The notes under the pieces were generated by a model. That model was not told where the DNA came from, ran no database searches, and worked only from the letters and a program-made list of their open reading frames with translations. The position numbers were made by a program, and so were the translations under genes. A stretch of DNA of 63,622 bases, the filler included, from Chiloscyllium plagiosum (Eukaryota), in assembly GCF_004010195.1 (NCBI RefSeq). It is 4 parts of one record of this genome, joined end to end, with 100 filler letters (N's around TTAATTAATTAA, not from the genome) between each part and the next. Parts side by side here need not be neighbours in the genome. Positions count along the whole stretch, not along the records: positions 13,647 to 34,541 come from NC_057713.1; positions 34,642 to 62,160 come from NC_057713.1; 2 more parts are not named here. One strand, given 5' to 3'. Positions 24,916 to 37,089 of the stretch are shown one piece after another (the first letter of the stretch is position 1; each line of letters opens with the position of its first letter).

Positions 24916-25516
24916 ATGTAAGAATGTCATTTTAGTAGATTAATATTTTTTGGGTATGTGTATTCGTAATTGCATTCTTGCCCTGCTTCCTTTCTCCTAG
25001 TTCAAAAACAGATGATATTCATTTTTCAATACTTAAAATATCTCTATATCTAATATGGCAAATTCTTCTTCTTCTGTCTCTGCCTGAAGAGAGATCTGAC
25101 CTACAGTTCTGAAAGTTTTACCACTGGTAAGGCAATGATGTAGGTGCTGAATCTACCCCAGAATGAGGATACATTCCCATGCTCTTTGCTCCAATCTGAT
25201 TCACAGTGGATGCCTGAGCCAGCAGAACCAACCAGCCCCCACTAGGAATTTATTTTTTCTGGCAGTGCAACTTTAAGAACATGGGAATATAGGAACAAGT
25301 GTAAGCCATTCATTCCCTTAAGCCTGTTTCATCATTCAATGAGATCATGATGTTCTGTGGCCTAACTCCAGAAACCCTGCCTTTTCCTGTTAACATCTTG
25401 AAAACCCCTAAACATTTTAAATTCTAGAGAAAGCAGGCATAATTTCTGTCATCTCTCCGCATAATATAATCCTGAAGTCCAGGTATCAAGTTAATAAAAC
25501 TATGTGCTACAGTAGG

Positions 25517-25588
25517 GTGATGGTGGTATAGTGGTGAGCTTAGCTGCCTTCCAAGCAGTTGACAGGGGTTTGATTCCCGGCCATCGCA
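25517..25588 (+). pseudogene. tRNA-Gly (TCC) pseudogene
   Basis: 72-nt GTGATGGTGGTATAGTGGTGAGCTTAGCTGCCTTCCAAGCAGTTGACAGGGGTTTGATTCCCGGCCATCGCA is colinear with vertebrate tRNA-Gly-TCC. Acceptor and anticodon stems pair, but the T-stem is broken (AGGGG/CCCGG) and TTC has become TTT. Confidence 0.85.
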
Positions 25589-25660
25589 GTGTTGTGGTTT
25601 GTAAGTAGCCTTTAAAAGGAAAGGCGCTGGGATAAATCAAGGAAATAAATCTTACATATA

Positions 25661-25821
25661 ATCCAAAAATGTGCAGGTTAGGTGAATTGGCCATGCTAAA
25701 TTGCCCATAGTGTTAGGTGAAGGGGTAAATGTAGGGGAATGGGTCTGGGTGGGTTGTGCTTCGGCGGGTCGGTGTGGACTTTTGGGCTGAAGGGCTTGTT
25801 TCCACACTGTAAGTAATCTAA
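25661..25821 (+). mobile_element. HE1 SINE 3' half
   Basis: TCCAAAAATGTGCAGGTTAGGTGAATTGGCCATGC...TTTCCACACTGTAAGTAATCTAA. Confidence 0.88.
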
Positions 25822-27097
25822 AGTATCCCTTCAAGTCCGTTATATCCTTCTTAAGATATGGTACCCAGATTTGTTCATAGTACTCCAATTGGAGTCTGAA
25901 CAGGGTTTTGTATTGCTGAAACATTACTTCTGCATCTATTTCATGCATTTTGTAATCTGGAGGTTTGAATGATGATAATGGTGGAAACTAATAATTTTCT
26001 TTCTGTCCTATAGTTGACAAGGGTTTTCTGTTGCTTTTATCGCTCACCTTTCACATACATTCAGTAGATTTGCAAGTTGATATCTGTTCCATTTGGCTGT
26101 ATTATGAATCCACTTTTCTTGACCATCAAGAACTAGAATGGTGTTTGGACTTATGACCCAGAAGCAGAAATGCTATCCAATACCACACAAGTAAAATGTA
26201 AAATCATATACATAACCAAACCGTACTGTATGTTTGAGACTATGCTTACTTATTTGATTTCCTTTAAAAGCTATCTTAACCTGAAGTAGAATGTTTATTG
26301 GGTAGTTATTGAAGTTACTTTTTTTAATTTTAAATTTGTAATTTTGACTTTGAAGAGTTGATCAATGTACCTATGGCATTATTGAAGCTGTTGCACTTAT
26401 ATGTTGAAATATGAGGGTTTTTCTCATGCAAAGGAAATATTTTGGTTTCAGCTAAAATTAGACCTGACGTTTCAAAAAATTGCTTTCAATGTTTATTGTG
26501 CATTTATTTGCTTTTTTTTCTTAAAAGCTTCAAGTCCTGCCCATAATGTTTACAGTTGCAGTCAATGACACTGTCAGGGATTCTACATGTGATGAATTCC
26601 CAATATCAGCTATGCCACCAGTTGGATTGTTGCCTTTCTACAGGGAACTCGGTCAAGACACCCCTCGGCACCTCTTAACCATTTCTGCAATAACATTATG
26701 TAACCTTGTGTGTAGAATTTGAGAAAAAAGTAGGAAAATAAATCTTAAAATTCTTCCCAAATTCTATGTTGCTTCCATTGTTTCCTCTTGTCTTTCCACT
26801 AAGCATGTTATAATGTGATTTCATTAGCATGAGAAGCACCTGGGCCAAGTGGGTATTCTTTGTGCAAGAATGCAGATTGTGTCAGCAAGCTCTACTTGTC
26901 TCCTCATGCTCATTTGTTCCCTACCCCTTCCCCAAAATTATCCATGCAGCAATGACTATAGTTATCCAGTGGGGGTTTTGCATTGGAGCCCCCACTGAGT
27001 CTTTACCTTTTTGCCCACATTGGAAACACACAGGTTAGTTTCTTAACAGTCTCACTATTGAGTTTCTTTATTAAAACATTAGGGACCATTCTGTCTT

Positions 27098-27357
27098 TGA
27101 TTAGATTCCCTACATTGCCTGTCGGCCCAACAAGTCCACACCTACCCTCCAGAGCAACCCACCCAGACCCATTTCCCTCTGACTAATGCACCTAACACTA
27201 TGGGCAATTTAGCATGGCCAATTTGCCCTAACCTGCACAATTTGGACTGTGGGAGGAAGCTCACACAGACACAGGGAGGATGTGCAAACTCCACGCAGAC
27301 AGTCACCCAAAGTTGAAATCAAACTTGGGTCCCTGGTGCTGTGAGCCACTGAGCCAC
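27098..27357 (-). mobile_element. HE1 V-SINE with internal deletions
   Basis: GGGCAATTTAGCATGGCCAAT, TGTGCAAACTCCAC and CCACTGAGCCAC on +. Confidence 0.88.
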
Positions 27358-27454
27358 TTCATTGTTTACCTTTTCTGACCAGCCTTTTTCATGTTTGCCT
27401 AAATCTCTTTGATCTCTCCCTTACTCTTTTACAATCTCCAGATGCCAATTTACT

Positions 27455-30360
27455 TTAGAACATAGAACATTACAGCGCAGTACAGGCCCTTCGGCCTTCA
27501 ATGCTGCACCATCCACTGAAACTTACCTGAAGCCCATCTAGCCTACACTATTCCATTCTCGCACATATGCCTATTTAATGATCATTTAAATTTCCATAAA
27601 GTTGGCAAGTCTACAGCTGTAGCAGGCAGTGCGTTCCACATCCCTACTACTCTGAGTAAAAGAACTAACTTGGACATCTGTCCTATATCTACCACCCCTC
27701 AATTTGAATTTCTGCCCCCTCCTGCTAGCCATCACCATCTGAGGAAAAAGGCTCTAACCCTCTGATTATCTTATATGTCTCAATTAAGTCATCTCTCAAC
27801 CTTCTTCTCTCTAATGGAAAAAGCCTCAAGTCCCTCAACCTTTCCTTGGAGGACCTTCCTCCTATACCAGGCAACATCCTAGTAAATCTCCTCTGAACCC
27901 TTTCCAAAGCTTCCACATCCTTTCTATAATGCAGTGATCAGAACTGTATGCAATATTCCAAGTGCGGCTGCACCAGAGTCTTATACAGCTGCAGCATGAC
28001 CTCATGGTTCTGAAACTCGATCCCTCTACTAATAAAAGCTACCACACGGAATGCCTTCCTAACAGCCTTATCAACCTGGGTGGCAGCTTTGAGGGATCTA
28101 TGTGCATGGACACCAAGATCTCTCTACTCAGCTACACTACCAAGAATCTTACCATTCGCCCAGTATTCTTCATTCCTGTTGCTCCTTCCAAAGTGATTCA
28201 TCTCTTCTGCATTAAACTACATTTGTCACCTCTCCACCCAGCTTTGCAGCTTAGCTGTGTCCCTCTGTAAACTACAACTGTCCACAACTCTACTGACCTC
28301 AGTGTAGTCCACAGTGCCCTCATCCAGGTCGTTTATAAAAATGACAAACAGCAGTGGCCCCAAAACAGATTCTTGCAGTACATCACTAGTAACTGAACTC
28401 CAGGATGAACATTTCCCATCAACCAATCTTCTTCTTCTAGCGAGCCAATTTCTGATCCAAACTACTAAATCGCCCTCAATCCTATGCTTATCAAATGCCT
28501 TACTGAAATCCAAATACACCACATCAATGGCTTTACCCTCATCCACCTGTTTGGTCACCTTCTCAAAGAACTCAATAAAGTTTGTGAGGCACAACCAACC
28601 CTTCACAAAACCATGCTGACTATCCATAATCAACTTATTCCTATCTAAATGATTACAAACCCTATCTCTTATAACCCTTTCCAACACTTTACCCACAACC
28701 AAATAAGGCTCAGTGGTCTATAATTACCAGGGTTGTCTCTATTCCCCTTTTTGAACAAGGGAACAACATTTGCTATCCTCCAGACTTCTGGTACTATTCC
28801 TGTAGACAATGATAACATAACGTTCAAAGCCAAAGGCTCAGCAATCTCCTCCCTGGCTTTCCAGGGAATCCTAGGATGAATCCCATCTGGCCCAGGGGAC
28901 GTACCTAGTTTCACACTTTCCAGAATTTCTGACACTTCCCTCTTGTGAACCTCAATCTCATCTAGTCTAGTAGCCTGTTTCTCAGTATTCTCCTCAACAG
29001 CATTGTCTTTTTCCAGTGTGAATACTGACAAAAAAATATTCATTTAACTCTTCCCCATCTCCTCTGACTCCATGCACAACTTCCCACTACTGTCCTTGAT
29101 TGGCCCTATTCTTACTCTAGTCATTCTTTCATCCTTTATATACCTATAGAAACCTTCAGGGTTTTCCCGATCCTTCCACCAACAACTTCTCATGTCCCCT
29201 CCTCGCTCATCTTAGCTCTCTCTTTAGTTCTTTCCTGGCTACCTTGTAACTCTTACTTGCCCTAACTTGCCTTTACAGCTCATACTAACATAAGCCTTCT
29301 TCCTCCTCTTGACAAGAGATTCAACTTCCTTAGTAAACCACGGCTTCTGTGCTCGACAACTTCCTTCCTGTCTGACAGGTATCAAAGACACATAATAGCT
29401 GTTCTTTGAATAAGCTCCACATTTCTATTGTGCCCTGCAGTTTTCTTCCTCATCCTATGCATCCTAAATCTTGTCTAATTACATTGTAATTGCCCTTCCC
29501 TGTAACTCTTGCCCTCCAGTGTATACCTATCCCTTTCCATCACTAAAGTAAACATAACTGAATAGTGGTCACTTTCACCAAAGTGTTCACCTACCTCCAA
29601 ATCTAACACCTGGCCAGGTTCATTACTCAGTACCAAATCTAATGTGGACTCGCCCCTTGTTGGTCTGTCTACATACTGTATCAGAAAATCCTCCTGACAC
29701 AATGCACAAAAACAGGCTCTTCTAAAGTTCTTGAACTATAGTATTCTTAGTCAATATTTGGGATGTTGAAGTCCCCCATAACAACTATACTATCACTTTT
29801 CCCCCAATGTGAATCATCTTTGTTATTCTTTCCTCTAAATCTCTGGAAGTATTCAGAGGTCAATAGAAAACTCCCAACAGGGTGATCTCTCTTTTCTTGC
29901 TTCTAATCTCAGCCAATACTACCTCAGTAGACAATTCATCAAATGTCCTTTCTGCAACAGTAATACTGTCCTTGACTAACAATGGGCCATCTTCTCTGTT
30001 CTTACTGAAACCTCTGAAGAGTAACCCACCAAGATTCATTCCCCTAATTAATGCACCTAACCTATACATCCCTGAAACACTATGGGCAATTTAGCATGGC
30101 CAAATCAGCTAACCTGAATATCTCTTGAATCTAAATCCCAGAACCTGCAAAAACCATTCCTGTCAATGCTCTATCCATGTCTCTGAAATGGCCACCATAT
30201 CGCAATCCCAGGAACTGACCCATGCTGCAAGTTCAACCCGCCTTACATTGGATGCTCCTGGCCTTTGAATCTTGCGATCCTGAAACCTTAGTACTGACCT
30301 CACTATTCTCAACCTCCTGTGTACTCAAACTACAGTCTAGGTTCCCACCCCTCTGTGAAT
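27455..30360 (-). mobile_element. CR1 LINE with near-complete ORF2 (endonuclease and RT), decayed; HE1 fragment at about 30011-30125
   Basis: QHGFVKG..CLTN..YLDFSKAFD, SVLGPLLFVIFINDL, NPGNYRPLSL, QYVDRPTRG..LDLVL and a (CTATGTT)n-type tail. Confidence 0.93.
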
Positions 30361-30434
30361 TAGTTTAGACTAAGGATCTGTGAATTAACTAATAACCATC
30401 TGCCAGGCTTGCTCCTTATCTGACTCTTGGCTCT

Positions 30435-30669
30435 GCTTGAGACAGAAAATGCTGGAAATCACAGCGGCTCAGGCAGCATCCATGGAGAGAGAACAACGTA
30501 ACATTTCGAGTCTAGATGACTCTTTATCTGAGCTGACAGCTCTGATGAAGAATCATCTGGATGCAAAATGTTACCTTGCTCTGTCTCCATGGATGCTGCC
30601 TGACCCGCTTGATTTCCAGCGTTTTTGTTTTCAGCCACAGATTCCAACATCTGCAGCAATTTGCTTCTA
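30435..30669 (+). mobile_element. Short fold-back PLE insertion, distinct lineage, decayed hammerhead
   Basis: Arms at about 30441-30534 and 30538-30633 are inverted. CTGATGAAGA at 30542, 3' end TCCAACATCTGCAG. TSD TCTTGGCTCT at 30425-30434 and 30670-30679. Confidence 0.8.
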
Positions 30670-30729
30670 TCTTGGCTCTTCCTGTTCTTCTTTATGAGTG
30701 TTGATGTGGGAAGTGAATAAAGGTTTTAA

Positions 30730-31065
30730 CTCTTTCAGGAGAATTAGTTTTGTTTGTGGCTTTCCAAGAACTTGGGGGCAGAGCTTCAAAATAAGGGGAA
30801 GCAGATCGAGGAAATACTTCTTCATGCAAAGTCTTGTGAATCTATGGAATTCCCTGCCTAGTGAAAGCCGTTGAAGTTACCTTGATGAATGTTTTTAAAG
30901 CAAAGATAGATATTTGAACAATAAAGGAATTAAGGGTTATGGTGAGCAGGTAGGTAAGTGGACCTGAGTCTAGGTAAAGGTTAGGTATAATCTTAATGAA
31001 TAGCAGAGTAAGTTCGATAGCCCAGCTGGCCTGCTCCTGCTCCTATTTATTATGTTCCTATACTC
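30730..31065 (+). mobile_element. CR1 3' end
   Basis: VVNLWNSLP-like codons, and a GGCCTGCTCCTGCTCCTATTT..ATGTT 3' UTR. Confidence 0.8.
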
Positions 31066-31114
31066 TTATGTTCGATTTTAAATCCTTGTTTGCAGCAGTC
31101 AAAAGGAAACAGCT

Positions 31115-31240
31115 TAGCGAGTTTTGAGAAGATTTGTAGCTCAGGTTGAATTTCTGGGTGTAAGTTTGTTCGCTGAGCTGGAAAGTTCGTTTTCAAACGT
31201 TTCATCACCATACTAGTTAACATCATCAGTGAGCCTCCAG
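31115..31240 (-). mobile_element. PLE pLTR fragment with hammerhead, another lineage
   Basis: The minus strand reads UCA-CUGAUGA-UGUUAAC-UAGUA-UGGUGAU-GAAA-CG-UU-UGA (31193-31232), followed by CAGCTCAGCGAACAAAC...ACCTGAGCTACAAATCTTCTC. Confidence 0.7.
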
Positions 31241-31372
31241 TGTATTAAAATGCATTATAAATAAAAAGCGCACCATGTCATCAGTGCTTTCACTTTTCTT
31301 TTGTCTTCCTCAGAATTCACTTTCTTAGTTTACTATATTTGTTAGAGTTCCAGCTCGCGTTTCCACTTATTA

Positions 31373-31692
31373 GTGGCATGGTGGCTCAGTGGTTAGCACT
31401 GTTGCCTCACAGTAGCAGGGACCTGGGTTCAATTCAAACCTCGGGTGACTATCCATATGGAATTTGCACATTCTCCCCATGTCTGTGTGGGTTTCCTCTG
31501 GGTGCTCTGGTTTCCTTTCACAGTCCAAAGATGTGCAGTTTAGGTGAACTGGCCATGCTAAATTGTCAATAGTGTTTCAGGGATGTATAGGTTAGGTGCA
31601 TTTGGTTAGGAGAAAGGTGGGTTATTCTTCAGAGGTTTGGTATGGACCTGTTGGGCCAAATGGCCTGTATCCACAGAGTAGGGATTCTATGA
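31373..31692 (+). mobile_element. HE1 V-SINE
   Basis: A/B boxes, V-domain and GTAGGGATTCTATGAT tail. Confidence 0.9.
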
Positions 31693-32089
31693 TACATCTA
31701 GCTGTACCTTTTCTAAAAGTAGCACTCTGTTTCAGTTTCTTCAGGTTCTTCATTTGCTTGGCAACAATTTTGAGAATTCTGATGTTCCTGGCTCTCAGAC
31801 ATATATCTAACACTAATTGCTTATTTACACTTTTTAACTCTTCTAGGCTTAGAGCTCTTAAACTGGCTCAAGTCAATTCAGTCTGATCCAGAGAGGTCCA
31901 GGCTTTTTAATACAATAAAAACACAACGTTCTAAGTCAACCTTTATAGCCCTTCTAGATCAGTTTCTAGGGAATAATTCTAGGGAATAAATTATCTTATA
32001 TGTTTGTCAGATACACCTCAGAATTGAAATCCTAAATTACTGTAGTGACAAGGTGAGGTAGCAGGAAATTACCTGGGTCATGAAAGGAT

Positions 32090-32652
32090 ATTTGGAATGC
32101 TTTCTTTTATTCAGAACATTGAGCACAGGAGCTGAGACGTGATGTTACAGCTGTGCTAAACATTGGTGAGGCCATATTGAAATACTGCAGACAATGATGT
32201 TGGCTTTGCTATAAGAAGGATGTTATTAAACTGGAAAGGATGCAAAAAAGATTATAAGGATGTTAGCAAGATTGGAAGGTTTGAGTTATAAGGAGAGACT
32301 GAATAGGCTGGAACTTTTTTAGACAGTCTTTTGCCCAGGGTAGAGGAGTCCAAAATTTTATCTTTAAGGTGAAAGGCGAAAGATTTAAAAGAGACCTGAA
32401 GGGCAGTTTTTTCACACAGAGGATGATGGTGCATGTATGGAATGAGCTGCCAGAGAAAGGTATGGAGATGGGTACAATTACAACTTCTAAAAAGCAGTTG
32501 GACAGTTAAATGGATAGGAAAGGTTTAGAAGCATAAGGGCCAAACACATACATAGGCCACTAGTTTAGTTTAGGCAGACTAGTCAGCATAGACAAGTTGG
32601 GCCAAAGGTCTGTTTCCATGCTATATACTTTTATGGTGACCTCTATGATTCT
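32090..32652 (+). mobile_element. CR1 3' part, decayed
   Basis: KDVIKLERMQK and VHVWNELP motifs, CR1 3' UTR. Confidence 0.82.
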
Positions 32653-32808
32653 ACTTCCCACATTTTGCCACTTCGACAGTAACAGGTTTTAGAATTTAAA
32701 GAGAATATACGTTTTGAATCTATGAAGAATTTATTCAGATTAGCTTCCTTGTGTTCACAAAGAACAAGATAAGATTATTAAAGCTAGGGTTTCCCAGCCT
32801 AAAAAGAC

Positions 32809-33015
32809 TAGAACATAGAACATAGAACTTTACAGTGCAGTACAGGCCCAATGGCCCTTGATGTTGCACTGATCTGTGAAACCAATTTAAAGCCCATCTA
32901 ACCTTCACTATTCCATTCTTGTCCATATGTTTATCCAATAATCACTTAAATGCCTTTAAAGTTGGCAAGTCTACTACTGTTGCAGTCAGGGCATTCAATG
33001 CTTTACTACTCTCTG
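32809..33015 (-). mobile_element. CR1 3' end
   Basis: (TAGAACA)n tail; same 3' UTR as the copies at 27455 and 37503. Confidence 0.85.
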
Positions 33016-33019
33016 AGGA

Positions 33020-34541
33020 AAGTGAAGTCAGAGCGCAGAGCACGTTGGGAAGGTAAGTGATTGTTATTTGAGTGGGTGTGTTCTAGACCCCAAGTCCTAC
33101 AAAGTAGGGCCTCCCTCCCACCCCTCCTCCTCTAACCTAACTTTAAAGTCCACAGACTTGCCCCAAAAAGAGATTTAGATTAGATTACATTACATTACAG
33201 TGTGGAAACAGGCCCTTCGGCCCAACAAGTCCACACCGACCCGCCGAAGCGAAACCCACCCATACCCCTACATTTACCCCTTACCTAACACTACGGGCAA
33301 TTTAGTATGGCCAATTCACCTGACCCTGCACATCTTTGGATGGTAGGAGGAAACCGGAGCACCCGGAGGAAACCCACGCAGACACGGGGAGAACGTGCAA
33401 ACTCCACACAGTCAGTCGCCTGAGGCGGAAATTGAACCCGGGTCTCTGGCGCTGTGAGGCAGCAGTGCTAACCACTGTGCCACTGAGTCCAGGGAAGTTC
33501 CTGTGGAGAGAAGTGAGAGTCTTTAGCTCAGGAGTCTTCGACAAGGAGGTTGAGCGAAGTGATTATGCCACAGTTGAAGAGGGCGAAGACATGACTGGTT
33601 CAGTGTGCTACATGCTTGATGTGGGAGGTCAACGACTCTGGTGTATCTGGCTCGTATATCTGTGGAAAGTGTGTGCACGTTCAGCTACTGACAGAGCATA
33701 TCGCAGCACTGAAGAAAGAACTCGAGGACCTTAGGCTCATCCGAAAGAACAAGATCTTTCTGGACAGGATCTTCAGCGAGGTTATTACACCGACCATACC
33801 AGAAGAGAGCAGAAGAGAGAAGACAATGAGGAAGGCAGAGAGGAGACAGGTGCAAGAGACCGCGGGGGAAGTACCTGTCAGGAACAAGTTGAATCTTTTG
33901 GAAACAGTAGAGACAGATGACACTGCCAGTCCGCGAGGCAGTCAGGTCTGTCAATCAAAAGTTGGCGTGGAAGCAGAGCTAAAGAGTCAGACACCGCACA
34001 GAGCCATGGTGATAGGGGACTCCATAGTGAGAGGAACTGAATGGGGTTTCTGTGGCAACAGGTGGGATTTAAGGATGGTGTGTTGCCTTCCTGGTGCCAG
34101 GATTAAGGACATCACAGACAGAGTGCAGGAAATCCTCAAGGGCGAAGGTGAAGAGTCAGAGGTGGTGGTACATGTCGGCACAAATGGTGTCGGGAAGCAG
34201 AGGAGGAACATACTACAGCGGGACTTCGGAGAACTAGGAAGAAGGCTGAAAAGCAGGACGTCCAGAGTGGTTATCTCCAGTTTGCTTCCAGTTCCTCGGG
34301 CTGGCGAGGCCAAGAACAGGGAGATAATGGACTTGAATGTGTGGCTGGGGAACTGGTGCAGGAAGCAAGGATTTATATTCTTGGATCACTGGGGTATGTT
34401 TTGTGGTAAGCATAAATTATACAAAAGAGACGGTTTGCACCTTAATAGGTTAGGGACCAGCATTCTGGCAGGCAGGTTTGCTACTGCAACTCACAGCTAC
34501 GTTTAAACTAAGTAGCGGGGGGGAGGGGACAAACTGGATGT
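33020..34541 (+). mobile_element. CR1 LINE 5' end with ORF1 (C4 zinc finger, coiled coil, SGNH/GDSL esterase); open frame 33595-34506
   Basis: VQCATCLMWEV...YICGKC, heptad LTEHIAALKKELEDL, and esterase blocks VIGDSIVR, VVVHVGTN, DGLHLN. An in-frame ATG at 33565 is separated from the open frame by a single TGA at 33592. Confidence 0.9.
33172..33483 (-). mobile_element. Young HE1 V-SINE inserted in the CR1 5' UTR
   Basis: Nearly identical to 17643-17961, with the same composite tail. Confidence 0.95.
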
Positions 34542-34641
34542 NNNNNNNNNNNNNNNNNNNNNNNNNNNNNNNNNNNNNNNNNNNNTTAATTAATTAANNN
34601 NNNNNNNNNNNNNNNNNNNNNNNNNNNNNNNNNNNNNNNNN
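34542..34641. other. Artificial contig spacer
   Basis: 44N, TTAATTAATTAA (34586-34597), 44N. Confidence 0.95.
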
Positions 34642-35400
34642 GCAAGAACAGGAAGGCAGATTACTACCTAAATGGAGTCAAGTTTGGTAAAGTGGGAGTA
34701 CAACGAGATCTAGGTGTTCTTGTACATCAGTCAATGAAAGCAAGCATGCAGGTACAGCAGGCAGTGAAGAAAGCTAATAGCATGCTGGCCTTCATATCAA
34801 GAGGAATTGAGTATAGAGGCAAAGATGTCCTTCTGCAGCTGTACAGGGCCCTGGTGAGACCGCACCTAGAATATTGTGCGCAGTTTTGGTCTCCAAATTT
34901 GAGGAAAGACATTCTGGCTATTGAGGGAGTGCAGCGTAGGTTCACGAGGTCAATTCCCAGAATGGCGGGACTATCTTACGCTGAAAGATTGGAGCGACTG
35001 GACTTGTATATGCTTAAGTTTAGAAGGCTGAGAAGGGATCTGATTAATTGTTATTAAAGGATTGGACACTCTGGAGGCAGGAAGCATGCTTCCGCTGATG
35101 GGTGAGTCCCAAACCAGAGGACACAGTTTAAAAATAAGGGGTAGGCCACTTAGAACAGAGTTGAGGAGAAACTTCTTCACCCAGAGAGTGGTGGGTGTAT
35201 GGAATGCTCTGCCCCAGAAGGCTGTGGAGGACAACTCTCTGGATAATTTCAAGAAAGAGTTGGATAGAGCTCTTAAGAATAGTGGAATCAAGGCAGGAAC
35301 AGGATACTGATTGAGGATGATCAGCCATGATCATCATAAATAGTGGTGATGGCTCGAAGGACAGAATGGCCTTCTCCTGTAGCTATTGTCTATTATCTAT
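34642..35400 (+). mobile_element. CR1 ORF2 C-terminus and 3' UTR
   Basis: QRDLGVLVH..LYRALVRPHLEYCAQFWSP..TRGHSLK..FFTQRVVGVWNALP. Confidence 0.93.
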
Positions 35401-35640
35401 AAAAGTGTAGTGAACCTGTTGAATTCTCTACCACAGATGGATTTGTATGCCAAGTCACTGAACATGTTTAAGAAAAAGAGCAATACATTATTAAGATTAA
35501 TAAAATTGCAAAGGTATCAATGGTTTGAGGAAAATGTGGGATTGTAGATTGGCCATGATACTATTGAATGATGAATTTTATGCAAAAGGTTGAATGGCCT
35601 ACTTTCGCTACTTTTTTTCTAGGTTGCTGTGTAACATACA

Positions 35641-35801
35641 TCCCAAAATGTGCAGGTTAGGTGAATTTGCCATGATAAATTGCCCGTAGTGTTAGGTGAA
35701 GGGGTAAATATAGGGGAATGGGTCTGGGTGGGTTGTGCTTCGGCGGATCGGTGTGGACTTGTTGGGCTGAAGGGCCTGTTTCCACACTGTAAATAATCTA
35801 A
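35641..35801 (+). mobile_element. HE1 SINE 3' half
   Basis: Same segment and truncation point as 25661-25821. Confidence 0.88.
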
Positions 35802-35889
35802 GACTGCAGCAGTTCAAGGGTACTCAATGATCAACAATAAATGTTGGTACCAATGATGCCCGCAATCCACGAATGACCAAAATGAAGTA

Positions 35890-36930
35890 AGCTAGCCAGA
35901 AACACAAAATTAGACTGCATAGGATAAAGGGCCATTTATTGGCATATGGATTGAATAACAAAAAGAAAATAGAAAATTGGAATAAATGTACATTATCAGG
36001 TTGTAGCTCAAGGTATACTGCATAGATCAGTACTTGGGCCCTAACTATTTATTATCCAAAGTAATTTTTCCAAGTTTGTGGATTACACAAAACAAGATGG
36101 GAATTTTTATTGAGGGGATGATGCAAAGAGGCTTTCAAAGGGGTTAGGCAGGCTGCAGGACTGGGCACAAACATAGCAGATAAAATATGATTTAGGTAAG
36201 GTTGAGGTTATCTAATTTGATAAAAAAATGGAAATTCAGACTATTTCTTAAATGGAGAATTACTAGGAGGTATTGAAGTTTAAAGGGATCTAGGTGTCCT
36301 CGTACATAAGTCACTAAGAGCTCACACGAAGGTGAAACAAGCAATTAGGAAGGTGTGTTGGCCTTCATTAAAATACAATATCAGTACAAACACCAATATG
36401 ATGTGCTTCATTTACATAGGACCTTGATGAGACCACCCTGAAGTATTGTGAGCAATTGTGGTCTCCTTACTCACATAGGGATGTATTTTCCATGGAGAGA
36501 GGTCCAAGGTTGCCTTCTTAGACGGCAGGACTGTTCTATGAGAGATTTTGTTTCAGAACTCTATGGAGGTGATTCCTGTGGTTGGGAGAAGGTAAGGATT
36601 GGGAGGAGGGGCCAGTGGTGGTAGCAGGGTGTTCTAGAGTCAGGACAGAATCTCTAATTAGCAGCATAGCATTTAGAACTGTACAGAAGAGACATTTCTT
36701 CACTCAGTGAGAAATGTATATTTAGAGTTATTTTACCCTAGAAAGCTATGCAAATTCATTTATTGAACAAGTTCAAGGAAGAAAGCAATAGCTTCGTTCA
36801 TACTAATGACATTAAGGGATACAAGGATCGTGTGGGAAAATGGCATTGATGAATATGATCGCCATGGTCTAGAATGGTACAACAGATGTAAGGGTCGACT
36901 CCTGCTCCCATATTCTTACATTTCCTAAGT
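35890..36930 (+). mobile_element. Old CR1 RT to 3' end
   Basis: Degenerate SVLGP, SKFVDYTK, DLGVLVHKSL and LHRTLMRP motifs. Confidence 0.75.
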
Positions 36931-37089
36931 TCCTGCGTCATATTATTTTTTGCTGAATGTGTTTTAAAATTTGGTCAACGATATACACTGCATTGACCAT
37001 CTGTGCATTCTGCCAGACATGACATACTGCTGTCCTACAGGGAAAATGCTGTGTAATGCAAACAGGAAAAACAAATTCACTCCATAGAC

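Larger units (their letters stand above)
25267..25930 (-). mobile_element. Old CR1 3' fragment interrupted at about 25510-25824
   Basis: CR1 3' UTR at 25267-25400; YKTLFRLQLEYYEQIWVPYLKKDI at 25830-25915. Confidence 0.7.

Noticed and set aside
25517..25588. Functional tRNA-Gly gene
   Set aside because: The T-stem has two mismatches, the B box has TTT in place of TTC, the D-arm is substituted and the copy sits inside a LINE.
33616..34506. Host GDSL lipase/esterase gene
   Set aside because: It is intronless, has the LINE ORF1 zinc-finger/coiled-coil layout, and homologous remnants are attached to other CR1 copies in the window.
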